From a virus, in the IMG/VR virus record IMGVR_UViG_3300045972_000112, positions 3,227 to 67,226 of that record: a stretch of 64,000 bases of DNA; one strand, written 5' to 3'. The translations under genes were made by a program, and so were the position numbers. A model generated the notes under the pieces. That model made no database searches. It was not told where the DNA came from and saw only the letters and a list, made by a program, of their open reading frames with translations. Positions 44,917 through 56,022 of this stretch are shown piece after piece (the first letter of the stretch is position 1; each line of letters opens with the position of its first letter).

Positions 44917-47900
44917 CGAAGAAGCCTCTGTAGGCGGACGTCTCCTGGGAACCTCTAAGGTCCAGGAGGCTATTGACGCGCTTGCAACCACCATCAATAC
45001 CCTCACCCACTCACTCCAGGGAATCAAGCCCGGGATGCAGTCGGTGGGAGGGTTGCTCAAGTCTGGATGGAACTCTGCGTCCAACTGGAGTGGTGGCAAC
45101 AACGGCGGTGGGTTCACCTTCGGTGGCGTCCCAGCAGGACGCCACCAGATGCCCGCAGCCGGTGGTGGTGGTGGTAGCACTCCCGTAGGCCATCACCAGA
45201 TGCCTGCATCACAGAGCCCGCTCGGTAACGGCGGTGTCGTTCGTGCATCCGCTGCGGCGGGTCTAGGCGCGGGATTCCAGGCCCTGTCGGCCTACGGAAA
45301 CCGTACCCTTCCTGACGTCGCGCAGATCGATGCCTGGGGCAACTACGCGTCTATCTCATCTGGTGGTAACTACGGCTCGGGGTACCGCCAGGCCATCGGT
45401 ATGTCCTACATGCCGAACGGTGGGGCTCGGTCATCATCCCTGGGTGCCCTGGACACGGCGCAGGGTAACTTCTCCATCGCTGCCGCGTCCGGCCAGGTAC
45501 CTACCTCCGCTACCTTCGGGCAGTACCAGAACGCTGTAGGCGGATACGCCTACGGAAACCCCGGACTCGGCTACGGGGGTGCCGGTGCTGCGTGGCGTCA
45601 GCAGGTCAGCCCGCAGTCCTTCTACGCCCTTCGTGGCTACGGCATCAGCGTGCTGGGACAGGGTGGGGCCAGGGCCACTCCAGCACAGATCGCCAACCAG
45701 ATCTTCCAGCGCACCTTCCAGGGCCGCTCGCAGGTCTCCAGTGCCACGCTGAACGCCGCGCTTGGTGACGGCGGATCCCTGAGTCGAAACCTGAGCCAGA
45801 TTGCCTCTTCGGCGGGCTGGGACCAGAACACTGTCGACTCTGTGACGACGTACCTTCGACAGCAGAACAACTTCACCAGCCAGTCCGGGCAGTCCGCCAC
45901 GCAGTACCAGTCACTCCTGTCTAAGGCTGGCAACGGAGACTCAGGGGCCCAGTCGACGCTATCCAAGTACGGCGTGGGCGCGGACGCTGCTAGCCAGTTG
46001 CGTAACCTCAACGCGATCCGAACCGCACGTACTGCTGACATCACACCTGACTTCGTTGCGGGACTGACGTCGTCCACCCAGTTGCTGGGTCAGTTCTCCC
46101 AGGCCCTGACCAGCGCCATCAATGCGATCCCCGGTGGCACGGCTGCGCTTGGTGGTGGTGGTGCTGCGCTCTCACAGATCCAGGGCGCTGTTGGTGGCAT
46201 GAGTGGGATCGGTGGATCCCTGCTAAGCAGTTACACCACGGCCAAGATTCTGTCTAAGGCCATGGGGTACGGCGGTGCGGGTGGGGCTGCTGGAAAGCAC
46301 GCCATTGGAGCAGCCGCGCGTACCGGGGCTACGGACGTTCTCGCATCCGGGGGTGGCAGGGCCCTGTCCACCATCCCTATCGTGGGGACAGTGGCAGCGG
46401 GCGCTGCTCTAGCCACGCAGACGAGCGGGTACGGGAAGGCCTCGGCAGCGGACAAGATTGGTGCGTTCAGCAACTCCGCCACTGCCGCTGGTATCGGCTG
46501 GAGCAACCTGGGAGCCGCTTGGCAGGGCTTGCAGTCCGGTGGCCTCTCTGGTGCCTGGAATGCCGTCATGGGAGGTTCTACGCTGACCGAGGCTGGAGCA
46601 ACAGGTACTCCCGGAGCCCCAGCAGGTACCGGGGGCGGCGGAGGTGGCTCGGTAGGCAAGAAGTACCCGCACACTGGTGCTGGTGTCGTGCAGGCGGCTC
46701 TGAGCGTCCTGGGAACCCCTTACTCGAAGACGGGTTCAAGCCCTGGCAAGGGGTTCGGATGCGCCACCCTGACGTCCTGGGCATACCGCCAGGTCGGTGT
46801 CACCATCCACCCGTCGCTGTCGGCTGAGCAGTTCAAGCAGGGACGACCGGTCGACCGCGCGTCATTGCAGCAGGGTGACCTGGTCTTCTTCTACTACGCC
46901 AATGGGGTTAACACCCAGAACGCTGTCAACCACGTCGGAATCTTCTACCAGAACGGTCGCATGATCCACGCGCCTCATACCGGATCCGTGGTGCAGGTGG
47001 CTCCCATCGACTGGGCGAACTTCAAGGGCGCGCGACGCTACATCGGTGCTGGTGGTTCCACCTCTCCGACAAGTTCCAACGTCGGCGCGAACTCGAACGG
47101 CTCCAACTCCCTGACGACAGCGGACGCTGGGCAGCCCCCGTTCTCCGCATCGATCTCCGGATCGGTGAACGAGATCGACGCGTTCAGTTCCATCGTGGGT
47201 GGCAAGGGGAGGGCCTCCGCGTCTGGCTGGTCTCCGTCGGGTGGCGGTGGTGCCGGAGCCTTCGGTAGCGCCACGAACAACTTCACCACGGCTGGAACAG
47301 GAGCCAGCGGTGGAGGCGGAGCGGCTCCTGCCGGAGTTACCGCCTGGGCCAAGAGCCTTCTCTCCAAGATGGCGATGCCGACTACCGGCTCGAACATCAC
47401 TGCGGTGTCTCGCTGGGCCCAGCAGGAGGGTGGCAACTGGCACAACTCGGCGCACTACAACCCCCTGAACACGACGCAGCGCGAGCCGGGGTCAACCTCC
47501 ATGAACGGTGTTGGAGTCCAGTCGTACACGTCCTGGGCTCAGGGGTTCGCGGCCACAATCCAGACCCTGAACAACGGTCGCTACGGTGGGATCCTCAGCG
47601 CGCTCAAGGCGGGCAACAACCCGTCTGCCGTCTACGGTGCCATCGTTCACTCTCCGTGGGGTACGAAGAACCTTCCGGGGTACGCGAAGGGCTCCTTCAA
47701 TATCCCTGAGGACCACATCGCGCAGGTACACAAGCGCGAGATGATCCTCCCTGCTGACATCGCGGATGCCGTTCGCGGTGCGATGGGACAGAAGGGCGGG
47801 GGACGCGGAGGAATCACCTTCGAGAACGGGGCCATCCGGGTCAGCCTGCCAGCCGGGGCACAGATCAACGACCAGACAGCCAACTCGTTCGCGAACCAGG

Positions 47901-47956
47901 TAGGTACCGCAGTGGCCAAGCAGGTCGAAGAAGTCATGGTAAGGAGGGGTCTCTGA
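44909..47956 (+). CDS. tape measure protein with NlpC/P60 and lysozyme-like domains
   Basis: G/A/S-rich; GTPY...GCATLTSWAY...GDLVFF...HVGIF; WAQQEGG...YNPLNTT. Confidence 0.85.
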   Translation: MANEEASVGGRLLGTSKVQEAIDALATTINTLTHSLQGIKPGMQSVGGLLKSGWNSASNWSGGNNGGGFTFGGVPAGRHQMPAAGGGGGSTPVGHHQMPASQSPLGNGGVVRASAAAGLGAGFQALSAYGNRTLPDVAQIDAWGNYASISSGGNYGSGYRQAIGMSYMPNGGARSSSLGALDTAQGNFSIAAASGQVPTSATFGQYQNAVGGYAYGNPGLGYGGAGAAWRQQVSPQSFYALRGYGISVLGQGGARATPAQIANQIFQRTFQGRSQVSSATLNAALGDGGSLSRNLSQIASSAGWDQNTVDSVTTYLRQQNNFTSQSGQSATQYQSLLSKAGNGDSGAQSTLSKYGVGADAASQLRNLNAIRTARTADITPDFVAGLTSSTQLLGQFSQALTSAINAIPGGTAALGGGGAALSQIQGAVGGMSGIGGSLLSSYTTAKILSKAMGYGGAGGAAGKHAIGAAARTGATDVLASGGGRALSTIPIVGTVAAGAALATQTSGYGKASAADKIGAFSNSATAAGIGWSNLGAAWQGLQSGGLSGAWNAVMGGSTLTEAGATGTPGAPAGTGGGGGGSVGKKYPHTGAGVVQAALSVLGTPYSKTGSSPGKGFGCATLTSWAYRQVGVTIHPSLSAEQFKQGRPVDRASLQQGDLVFFYYANGVNTQNAVNHVGIFYQNGRMIHAPHTGSVVQVAPIDWANFKGARRYIGAGGSTSPTSSNVGANSNGSNSLTTADAGQPPFSASISGSVNEIDAFSSIVGGKGRASASGWSPSGGGGAGAFGSATNNFTTAGTGASGGGGAAPAGVTAWAKSLLSKMAMPTTGSNITAVSRWAQQEGGNWHNSAHYNPLNTTQREPGSTSMNGVGVQSYTSWAQGFAATIQTLNNGRYGGILSALKAGNNPSAVYGAIVHSPWGTKNLPGYAKGSFNIPEDHIAQVHKREMILPADIADAVRGAMGQKGGGRGGITFENGAIRVSLPAGAQINDQTANSFANQVGTAVAKQVEEVMVRRGL

Positions 47957-48783
47957 TGGCTGTAACGGCTACTCGCGTTACGACGGCCAAGAAGACCAAG
48001 GGTCACGCAGTCCGCAAGGTGACCCCATCAAAGACGATCTGGAATCCCAAGTTCGACCCGAGGATTCTGACTCACCCGGACTTCGCACTCCCAGGAGTCA
48101 AGAACGGCAACGTCATCAACCGAGGCGCGATCATCGGCGCGGACAACAAGTATGGGATCAACTTCCTCTACAACCCGAGTGTCTACTCGCTGTCGCACGC
48201 CATCGATTCCAGCAACCCGATCATTCCCCAGATCGACCGCAACGTAGCGGACACGGGGTCCTACTTCGGAGACACTGGTACGACGCTGACCTTCGATCTC
48301 CTGTTCGACAGGACCTATGAACTCTGGGACAGCAGCATCAAGGGAAAGAAGCCTGCTGGTATCTACGGAACCGCCGTGGACGTCTTCGCGATCTACCAGT
48401 TGACCGGAGTGGCAACCAACATCGACTGGAGCACAGCAACGCAGTACGACGCTGCGGTCGCGCTGAACAAGGCCACTGCGGCGGCTCCGATCACGGCACC
48501 CATCCAGCCGAACCCTTGCACGGTCTACTTCGGAGGGGTGACAGCCCAGCAGTACTACGGCTTCATCTCCGGGTTGGCCGTCAACCACATCCACTTCGCG
48601 TCGAACATGGTGCCAATGCGAACAACCGTGTCGATCAGCATGAACATCCTTCCTGCAACGACATCATTCACGACGGCTCCAGTGGCTTCCCCGGCTTCAA
48701 CAGGAACTGCTTGGAAGGGTGGCGGTGGGGGATCCTTCGCGAACCCAGGGAAGACCTCCGGCTTTCGAGCAGGAGGTGCCTGA
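47956..48783 (+). CDS. tail tube initiator-like protein
   Basis: FLYNPS, LLFDRT, MVPMR. Confidence 0.7.
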   Translation: MAVTATRVTTAKKTKGHAVRKVTPSKTIWNPKFDPRILTHPDFALPGVKNGNVINRGAIIGADNKYGINFLYNPSVYSLSHAIDSSNPIIPQIDRNVADTGSYFGDTGTTLTFDLLFDRTYELWDSSIKGKKPAGIYGTAVDVFAIYQLTGVATNIDWSTATQYDAAVALNKATAAAPITAPIQPNPCTVYFGGVTAQQYYGFISGLAVNHIHFASNMVPMRTTVSISMNILPATTSFTTAPVASPASTGTAWKGGGGGSFANPGKTSGFRAGGA

Positions 48784-49061
48784 TGGCCATCATCAGTGGC
48801 TCTCGATACCAGAGCACAGAGATCACCCAGGCCCCTGGACGTGGTGGCGTTGTCACCTCCGTGCTGTCTCACTCGGAGGCGTTCGACCGACAGTACGCCT
48901 TCACGCTCTACCAGTGGACCCAGGACGACCGACCCGATCTAGTGGCTGCCGGGTTCTACGGCAACGACCAGTTGTGGTGGCAGATCGCTAGGGCCAACCC
49001 GGAGATCCTCGACTGGAACTCGGTACCGATGGGAACGATCATCAGGGTCCCCAATGCGTAA
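48783..49061 (+). CDS. LysM/tail X-like baseplate protein
   Basis: DRPDLVAAGFYG...WWQIARANP...GTIIRVP. Confidence 0.8.
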   Translation: MAIISGSRYQSTEITQAPGRGGVVTSVLSHSEAFDRQYAFTLYQWTQDDRPDLVAAGFYGNDQLWWQIARANPEILDWNSVPMGTIIRVPNA

Positions 49062-50235
49062 CAACGTAGCGGTGTCACTGTGGGTCAACGATGACTACGT
49101 GACAAGCCGACTCTCGGCTATCGAGATCACACAGGAGGACGGGCTCCACGAGGTCGCGAAGATCGATGTCCTCTACACGGTGAAGCAGGGACTCCTCGCG
49201 CAGGTGACCACCACCTCGGACCTACAGGACCGATGGGCGGAGGAGTCTCGCGTTCGCCTCGAATACGGTGCCCATTCGCTGCTCTCGGAGTTCTTCGGGT
49301 ACGTCATCGGTAGTGCCATCATCCCCACGGAGCAGCCCGTTCGGCAGTCGAGCGCAGCCACCACCTACTGCGTCCGGTACACCTGTCTGGGGATGTCCTA
49401 TCCGATGCAGAACCAGAAGTACCGGGAGTGGCGGAACCAGTCGTACTCCTCAATCGCTCGCGCCATCGCGAAGGAGCATGGCCTGCATGCTGCCGTGGAC
49501 CTGGCGACGACGCAGATCCCCTACCGGATGCAGAACGGTCAGTCGGACTTCCGGTTCCTGGCCGACCTCGCTGACGAGATCGGGTACCGCTTCGTGGTGC
49601 ATCAGGGTGTTCTGTACTTCCGAAACGTCTTCGACGCCTTCCTCGACGCGCAGAAGGGGATCGTCCCGTCGTTCTACCAGAACAACACCCCGGGAAACCG
49701 TGGGCCGCTACGAGAGTTCCGGCTGACTCAGGGAACCACCCTCCCCACTGGTGGACGACTTACCTCCCAGCAGGCCCACGTCATCGCCAACGGCACGGTG
49801 GTACCCGTGACGGCTACACGCAGCACCGGCTCCGGAATCGCGGCCAAGTTCACGCAGGTGGTCGCAGACAGGGCCTTCACGGGATACGGGCAGGCCACAG
49901 CGCGCGTCGTCGGCGCTGCCAACACGAACGCACAGTGGGTAACCGCAGACCTTGTCGTGGACGGGGACTCCCGAGTATTCCCAGGAAGCGTGGTCAACAT
50001 CTTCGGGACGTCACTACCGACTGGTACGTCCGGATTGTGGATGGTACGAAAGGCTGTCCATAGGATTCATATGGGTGCCAACCCGACGACAACCACGTAC
50101 TTCTGTGACCTCTCGGTAGGTCGTGACGACGTGGATACGCTGACGCACTACCCAGCAGCGCTCACGTCGAAGACGTCCCAGCCCGTCACGGTCTACTCCA
50201 CGAACAACCAGTGGTTCTCAGTTGGTGCCTCATGA
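49054..50235 (+). CDS. baseplate hub (late control D-like)
   Basis: IARAIAKEHGL, QSDFRFL..LA. Confidence 0.8.
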   Translation: MRNNVAVSLWVNDDYVTSRLSAIEITQEDGLHEVAKIDVLYTVKQGLLAQVTTTSDLQDRWAEESRVRLEYGAHSLLSEFFGYVIGSAIIPTEQPVRQSSAATTYCVRYTCLGMSYPMQNQKYREWRNQSYSSIARAIAKEHGLHAAVDLATTQIPYRMQNGQSDFRFLADLADEIGYRFVVHQGVLYFRNVFDAFLDAQKGIVPSFYQNNTPGNRGPLREFRLTQGTTLPTGGRLTSQQAHVIANGTVVPVTATRSTGSGIAAKFTQVVADRAFTGYGQATARVVGAANTNAQWVTADLVVDGDSRVFPGSVVNIFGTSLPTGTSGLWMVRKAVHRIHMGANPTTTTYFCDLSVGRDDVDTLTHYPAALTSKTSQPVTVYSTNNQWFSVGAS

Positions 50236-50471
50236 TCCCGGCACAGGGTATCTACGAGTCCATTGCAGTGGACGTCAGCGACCCAACCGGTCAGGGCAGG
50301 ATCCGGGTGCAGGCTCCCCAGGCTCTAGGTACCGCTCGCTCCAACTGGGCCAGGCCAGCATTCCTCGGTGGGTACGCACCCAAGATCGGGTCCAAGGTCT
50401 TCATCGCGTTTCTCGGAGGAGACCCGAACTCTCCAGTGTACTTTCCAAACCTGGCTGCTGGACTGGGATGA
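50232..50471 (+). CDS. baseplate spike gp5 OB-fold protein
   Basis: DPTGQGRIRV...WARP...FLGGDPNSPV. Confidence 0.85.
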   Translation: MIPAQGIYESIAVDVSDPTGQGRIRVQAPQALGTARSNWARPAFLGGYAPKIGSKVFIAFLGGDPNSPVYFPNLAAGLG

Positions 50472-50478
50472 TGTTGAC

Positions 50479-50898
50479 ATGAGTGTTCAGATGACGATTC
50501 CCTTTGCGCTTGGTGCCGATGGCGGCATCAGCGTGGAGTCGAACGCCGACGTGCAGATTCATCAGCGCGTCCTGGCGCTGGCGCAGATCGACGCGGGAAC
50601 TCGACCGATGCTGACGTCTCTTGGAGTACCTCTCCATGGACTCCTGTTCGAGTCGATCACTGACCCGGTGGTGCAGCAGACAGCACAGGCCGTGAAGGAC
50701 CTGATCACGGCGTACGAGCCAGGTGTCATCGTCATGGGGGTAACGCCGACGGTCAGCCCCAGCGACCCAACCACGATCAACGTGACGGTCTCGTACGACC
50801 GACGAGATGCACAGAACTCTGACGCTTCGGCGCAGGCCAACAGCAATACCGTCGTCATCTCGGCAGGCGGAACTGTCACGGAGGTTATCCGAGGATGA
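50479..50898 (+). CDS. baseplate wedge gp25/W-like protein
   Basis: GTRPM...G...LLFE, YEP. Confidence 0.8.
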   Translation: MSVQMTIPFALGADGGISVESNADVQIHQRVLALAQIDAGTRPMLTSLGVPLHGLLFESITDPVVQQTAQAVKDLITAYEPGVIVMGVTPTVSPSDPTTINVTVSYDRRDAQNSDASAQANSNTVVISAGGTVTEVIRG

Positions 50899-52391
50899 CG
50901 AACATCGACTACACCAGCAAGGACTTCGCGGGATTCAAGCAGTCCCTGCTCGACTACGCAGCCGTCAACTTCCCGGAGTGGACCGGTCGCTCCGAGGCTG
51001 ACTTCGGTGTACTCCTGGTCGAACTGTTCGCATACCTCGGAGACATCCTGTCCTTCTACGGAGACCGTGCTGCCGACGAGGCCTTCCTGGCTACAGCGAC
51101 GCAGCGAAGGTCTGTCATCAACCTGGCCCTGATGCTGGGCTACACGCCTGCTGAGGCCACGGCTGCCACAGGATCAGTCAACCTGATCACGTCCACAGGA
51201 TCACCTGCCGTTTCGGTGCCCGCTGGCACGGCGATCATGACTCCGTACCAGGCATCGGTAGACGGGCCCATCTTCTTCGAGACGACGGCAGACGTCACCG
51301 TCGCTGGATCAGGTGGCATCTCAGCAGTAACAGTGATCGAGGGACTTACCCAGGGAAGCACCACGATCACCGTGAACTCCTCCCCCTACAAGGTAGAGAT
51401 CCCGGGATCCTCAGACGGAACTTCGTCACAGGTGTTCGTGCTTAGGGGAAGCCCGGTTATCTCAGGCTCGGTGAACGTCTTCACTGACGCCAGCCTGTCG
51501 TCGAGCAGTTCCCCATACGAGCAGTGGAATATCGTCAACACGCTGGTTGAGTCCGGGCCCAGTTCCCGCGACGTCCTACTCAGTGCCACGTCCACTGGTG
51601 TCACCTACCTAACCTTCGGTGACGGCACTAACGGCTTCGTTCCCCCCATCGGTACCCAGGTCTACGTGAACTACCGGGTGGGTGGCGGTGTCTACGGAAA
51701 CGTCTCTGGCGGTGGTGCTTTCGATTTCGTGGAGACCGTCACTGGCGTAAGCGTCGGATCCTCTACAGACATGTCCGGTGGCGCTGACGCGGAGAGCATC
51801 GAGAGCATCCGCCGTAACGCCCCGCGCGCCTTCCGAACCATCGACCGAGCAGTGTCACTACAGGACTACGAGGACCTCGCAGTCCGCGTCGGTGGGCTGG
51901 CTGACGCCAACGCCGTGGCTGGATCCGGGAACGCCGTCACAGTCTTCATCATCGGAACGGGTGGCAACGTCTCCTCGACTGCCACTCGGAATGCAGTCTC
52001 GCGCTACCTGTCGACGCGCATTGCAGCCGGTACAACCGTCCTAGTGAACGCAGCAACCACCGTCGGGATCAGCGTAGGCAACGGCACCTACCCAGTGCAG
52101 GTGACGGCGCTTCCCTCGTACTCCAACGCGACTGTCAAGGCTGCGGTCATCGCAGCGATCACCAACCTGATGCTTCCTGACAACTGGACCATTGGTGCCG
52201 TGGTCCCGCTTAGCCTCGTGCTCAAGACGATCCAGGACGTCCCCGGCGTGGCGTATGCATCCATCCCGGTCTTCTACCGTGCAGGAACCACACCCTCGCC
52301 GGGATCTGTGCAGACCGACATCATCATGGCCGTGTCTGAGTTCCCGTACCTGAACAACACCAGCGTCACAGTTACTGGCGGAGTCGGATGA
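50895..52391 (+). CDS. baseplate J-like wedge protein
   Basis: DYTSKDF, EAFLATA, FGDG, GGADAES, RAVSLQDYE. Confidence 0.9.
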   Translation: MTNIDYTSKDFAGFKQSLLDYAAVNFPEWTGRSEADFGVLLVELFAYLGDILSFYGDRAADEAFLATATQRRSVINLALMLGYTPAEATAATGSVNLITSTGSPAVSVPAGTAIMTPYQASVDGPIFFETTADVTVAGSGGISAVTVIEGLTQGSTTITVNSSPYKVEIPGSSDGTSSQVFVLRGSPVISGSVNVFTDASLSSSSSPYEQWNIVNTLVESGPSSRDVLLSATSTGVTYLTFGDGTNGFVPPIGTQVYVNYRVGGGVYGNVSGGGAFDFVETVTGVSVGSSTDMSGGADAESIESIRRNAPRAFRTIDRAVSLQDYEDLAVRVGGLADANAVAGSGNAVTVFIIGTGGNVSSTATRNAVSRYLSTRIAAGTTVLVNAATTVGISVGNGTYPVQVTALPSYSNATVKAAVIAAITNLMLPDNWTIGAVVPLSLVLKTIQDVPGVAYASIPVFYRAGTTPSPGSVQTDIIMAVSEFPYLNNTSVTVTGGVG

Positions 52392-54451
52392 ACGCCCTGA
52401 CCGCGTCGCAGGTCGACTACGGTCGAGTTGACCTCACCTGGGACACCCCGGGCATCCCCTTCAACAAGATCCGCGTGGTCAAGGACAACAAGGGCTGGAC
52501 TCATAGCCCTACCAGCGGAACAGTTCTCCTGGAATCCTCGATCCCCACGAACTCCGCATCGGACACGAAGGTCATCCCGGGTGAGGTCGGCTACTACACA
52601 CTATGGGTGGCTGCGTACCCGCCCGCCTGGGATGGATCCTCGTACTCCGAGGGGGCCCTGGTCCTGTACAACGGGGTCGTCTACCGCTGCCGCAGCAAGA
52701 CCCTGGACTCCTCGGGCGTCACCCCCACCGACGCCTCGCGCGTCTTCGAGGTATGGACTGGTGACCTCAACTGGGTCATCGCTGGGCAGGCCTCCCTGCT
52801 GGCCACCGAGGACTTCGGATACCGCAGCCAGGTTTACGGCCTGATCCCAGACCCCTACCTTCCCGAGGACGACAGCCTAGAGAGGTTCGTCGGTGGATTC
52901 GGGTTCGGGTTCGACCAGATCCGTTCTCAGTACGGTCTTCTCGTTGACGTCAACAACGTCGACCGTCAGCACTCTGCCTGGACCAGGAACGCTGCCAGTC
53001 AGTACGGCGTGAAGCACCCGAACGTCAGCGACGTGCTGCTGCGTAACCAGTTGGCTCGCCAGGTGTCCCTGCTATCCACCGACGGGACCTGGCCTGGTTT
53101 CCTCGACAGGATGCGTGCCTCTACCGGGCACAAGTTCAGCCTCCAGGGGACCGCCACGGAGTTGCTGCCGAACTCTGACGTCCGAGACTTCGGACGGTCC
53201 TACATCCCCAACTACAAGTCGGGGTACCCGTACAAGATCGGTGACCAGGTCGTCGCGGTCTACGGCGGAAACTTCCTGGTGTTCCAGGCGCAGGTGAACC
53301 TTCCCATCACTGCTCCCGACACGATTGGTGGAACCACCACCAGTGACTGGCTCAAGGTAACCAACCAGACCTCCAGCAGGCTGAACAACGCGCTGACCGG
53401 AGGTGTCGGGGTATGGGAGACCCTAGCCTCCACGTCTCCTAACAACGCCTGGTTGACCATGAAGCAGGGCGCGACAATCTCCGGCGCGGTGGGATTCAAC
53501 TACCTATCAGCAGCCAACTCCTCAGGAACCATGGAGACCGTCTTCGGACTGCGTGCGCTCACGATCAACGGAGTGACGCAGGGCCCTGCACTACTGGCCA
53601 ACGCAGCGAAGTCTGCTGCCTACCTTCCTGAGGTCCTTCCCTGGGTCAGCACGTACGGCTACGCCGTGGGGGACCAGGTTGTCTACGGTGGACTGCTGTT
53701 CCAGGCCCTGACAGCCAGCACCGGGGTACGTCCTCCGGACTCGAACAAGAGCACCACTGCCTGGTCCTGCAAGGGAACCTCCAGGAAGTCATACACGGCC
53801 TATGGGACGCTCTGGACATCCTCAAGCACGGATGTCTCAGCCAACATGGGTGTCGACGTCGTGGACGCCAATGGGTACCTCATGGGTCCCACCGGAGCCA
53901 CGTACGCCAGGTATACCTACGACCAGATCCTCGACGGCTTCACCACCGATAACACCGGGGGTCTAACTTCCGTTGGCTCCTACACCTGGGCCGCGCTTCC
54001 GGGGACGGCTTCCACCTACTCGCAGGGACACAGTTACGCGTACGTGGATCCTAACTACTCCCAGCCGACCATCCGTGGTGCCTCCTTCGATGCGCCGTCT
54101 GCTGATGGGCAGGTCTTCCTGACCTTCGGACTGTCTCCCGCTACCGGTACCAACGGTCTGCTGTTCCGAGGAAACTCTGGCCTCACGCAGTACCTGGTAG
54201 CCACACGCACGGCGCTGATCTCCTACAGCAGTGGTTCGATCACGACCCTTGCGACGTACTCGCAGAGCGTCGGGGACGGCGACAGGATCCAGGTCGCATA
54301 CACCGGGCTTAACATCGTCGTCAGCGCGTACAAGGCACAGACCGACGCGGCCTACGCTGGACCGTCACTGATCACGCTGTGCTCCTACACGCTCGGGTCC
54401 GGCGCGGTGGGTTCCTCGGGAACGAAGATCGGACTCTACGAGCATGCTTAG
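52388..54451 (+). CDS. baseplate/tail protein
   Basis: follows baseplate J; carbohydrate-binding-like repeats (YKIGDQVV, YAVGDQVVY). Confidence 0.7.
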   Translation: MNALTASQVDYGRVDLTWDTPGIPFNKIRVVKDNKGWTHSPTSGTVLLESSIPTNSASDTKVIPGEVGYYTLWVAAYPPAWDGSSYSEGALVLYNGVVYRCRSKTLDSSGVTPTDASRVFEVWTGDLNWVIAGQASLLATEDFGYRSQVYGLIPDPYLPEDDSLERFVGGFGFGFDQIRSQYGLLVDVNNVDRQHSAWTRNAASQYGVKHPNVSDVLLRNQLARQVSLLSTDGTWPGFLDRMRASTGHKFSLQGTATELLPNSDVRDFGRSYIPNYKSGYPYKIGDQVVAVYGGNFLVFQAQVNLPITAPDTIGGTTTSDWLKVTNQTSSRLNNALTGGVGVWETLASTSPNNAWLTMKQGATISGAVGFNYLSAANSSGTMETVFGLRALTINGVTQGPALLANAAKSAAYLPEVLPWVSTYGYAVGDQVVYGGLLFQALTASTGVRPPDSNKSTTAWSCKGTSRKSYTAYGTLWTSSSTDVSANMGVDVVDANGYLMGPTGATYARYTYDQILDGFTTDNTGGLTSVGSYTWAALPGTASTYSQGHSYAYVDPNYSQPTIRGASFDAPSADGQVFLTFGLSPATGTNGLLFRGNSGLTQYLVATRTALISYSSGSITTLATYSQSVGDGDRIQVAYTGLNIVVSAYKAQTDAAYAGPSLITLCSYTLGSGAVGSSGTKIGLYEHA

Positions 54452-54460
54452 GACTGAGTG

Positions 54461-55732
54461 ATGGCCGCACTATCGAGCACGGGGTACGCGCGTGGCAGCG
54501 GCTTCGCGTCGATCTTCCGGTACTCCGGAAGGAATCTGGCGAGTCTCGGGCTCGCCGCGTCCTCTGCCAGCGCGGCGCTGACGCGGTACCGACCAGCGGG
54601 TGGTGTCACGGACTTCGGGTGGGCCCCTCCAGGTGCTCCCGACCCCGCGATGCTCGGCGTGACGGTGACGGGCGGGCACACCGCGTACAGCACCGCCTCC
54701 AACGTCGCAGCCAACTCTCCGTACACCGAGGTCACCTTCCCTGAGGAGTACCGTCGCCCGGACGGTCAGATCCTCTGGAAGCGCGGGGACTACGCAGCCA
54801 TCGTGGCCGAGTTTGACTACGTCCCCAACGGATACGTCGTGAGTGGGACGAACTTTAGCCTGCGACCGTACTCCGCTACCGACCCCGGAAACGTCATCCA
54901 CGTAGAGCCGGACCGCTTCAACTTCGTCCCCGACTCCGGCTTCAATGACCAGGGCGTAGTCGCTGCCACTACCTCACTGGGGTTCGGGTACTCAGCCAGC
55001 ACTGGTGGTGGCTCCTCGAACGTGGCAACGGCAACAACCTACGCGAAGAGCAGCACGTTCGGGCTTCGGTACACACAGGTGACCACGACCAGCATCGGTA
55101 CGGACTACGTGCCGCTGACCGAGGGCGTGAAGATCACAGGACTACTGCCTCACGCAGGACAGTGGAACATCCTCAGCGCCTGGGTTCGCCACGTATCCAA
55201 CGTCCCAACGGCGGGTGTCTACATCGAGGTCAGCGTAACCCCGGTGGGTGGCACCGCTGTGGTCACCCGGGGATCCAGCACCGCGAAGCCTGATGACACC
55301 TATGTGGCTGCTGATGGGACTATCTGGAACAGGATCAGCGTCCCGTTCTTCGTACCCAACGGTGACTACAGCAGCGGAACCGCTGTCTTCGCGACAATCG
55401 GGCTGCGGCACATCACGCTGACAGCGGGCGTGATGCCCGTGTTCGACGTCGATGAGATCCTCGGGGAGCGCGGAGTCACCCTTCGCCCCTACTTCGGTCT
55501 CGACAAGAACGCGGACCCGGACGGATCTGGTGCCCTAGCCAGCGACTACTTCCGCGCTGCCAGCACCTCGACCTACTGCGCCTACCTGGAGCACCGCACA
55601 GAGACGATCTCCAACCTGTCGCGGAACATCTCCCAGGAACTGCCCTGGTTCTCGACGGCTTCCTTCACGTATGTCGGTTACCCAAGCGACATCATCAATG
55701 CGACTCCGGTGACTGGTACGTTCGTGCTGTGA
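54461..55732 (+). CDS. minor tail protein
   Basis: position; beta-rich composition. Confidence 0.6.
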   Translation: MAALSSTGYARGSGFASIFRYSGRNLASLGLAASSASAALTRYRPAGGVTDFGWAPPGAPDPAMLGVTVTGGHTAYSTASNVAANSPYTEVTFPEEYRRPDGQILWKRGDYAAIVAEFDYVPNGYVVSGTNFSLRPYSATDPGNVIHVEPDRFNFVPDSGFNDQGVVAATTSLGFGYSASTGGGSSNVATATTYAKSSTFGLRYTQVTTTSIGTDYVPLTEGVKITGLLPHAGQWNILSAWVRHVSNVPTAGVYIEVSVTPVGGTAVVTRGSSTAKPDDTYVAADGTIWNRISVPFFVPNGDYSSGTAVFATIGLRHITLTAGVMPVFDVDEILGERGVTLRPYFGLDKNADPDGSGALASDYFRAASTSTYCAYLEHRTETISNLSRNISQELPWFSTASFTYVGYPSDIINATPVTGTFVL

Positions 55733-56022
55733 TCCTCCACCTGGTGCTCTGCTCCCTGGCCGTCTTCTGGCTCTGGGAGGTCCTGCTGTCCTGGGTACCG
55801 GTCACCTCCGCGCTACGCGCCTTCCTGGTGGCTGGTCTGGGCTACTGGGCCTACGCCTACTGGCCGGACTCGGTCCTCGCTGCGCTCAGCATCGCGACAG
55901 CCGTAGGTCTGCTGCACCGGTACGCCGTCGGGGGAGACCCTGACCTCGTGGAACTCCGACTCCCGAGGCGTTCGAAGTCGTACCCGCCTGGTGTAGGCAA
56001 CCGGATTCCGGATCTCCCCTAA
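55729..56022 (+). CDS. membrane protein (possible holin)
   Basis: three hydrophobic segments and charged C-terminus. Confidence 0.6.
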   Translation: MILHLVLCSLAVFWLWEVLLSWVPVTSALRAFLVAGLGYWAYAYWPDSVLAALSIATAVGLLHRYAVGGDPDLVELRLPRRSKSYPPGVGNRIPDLP

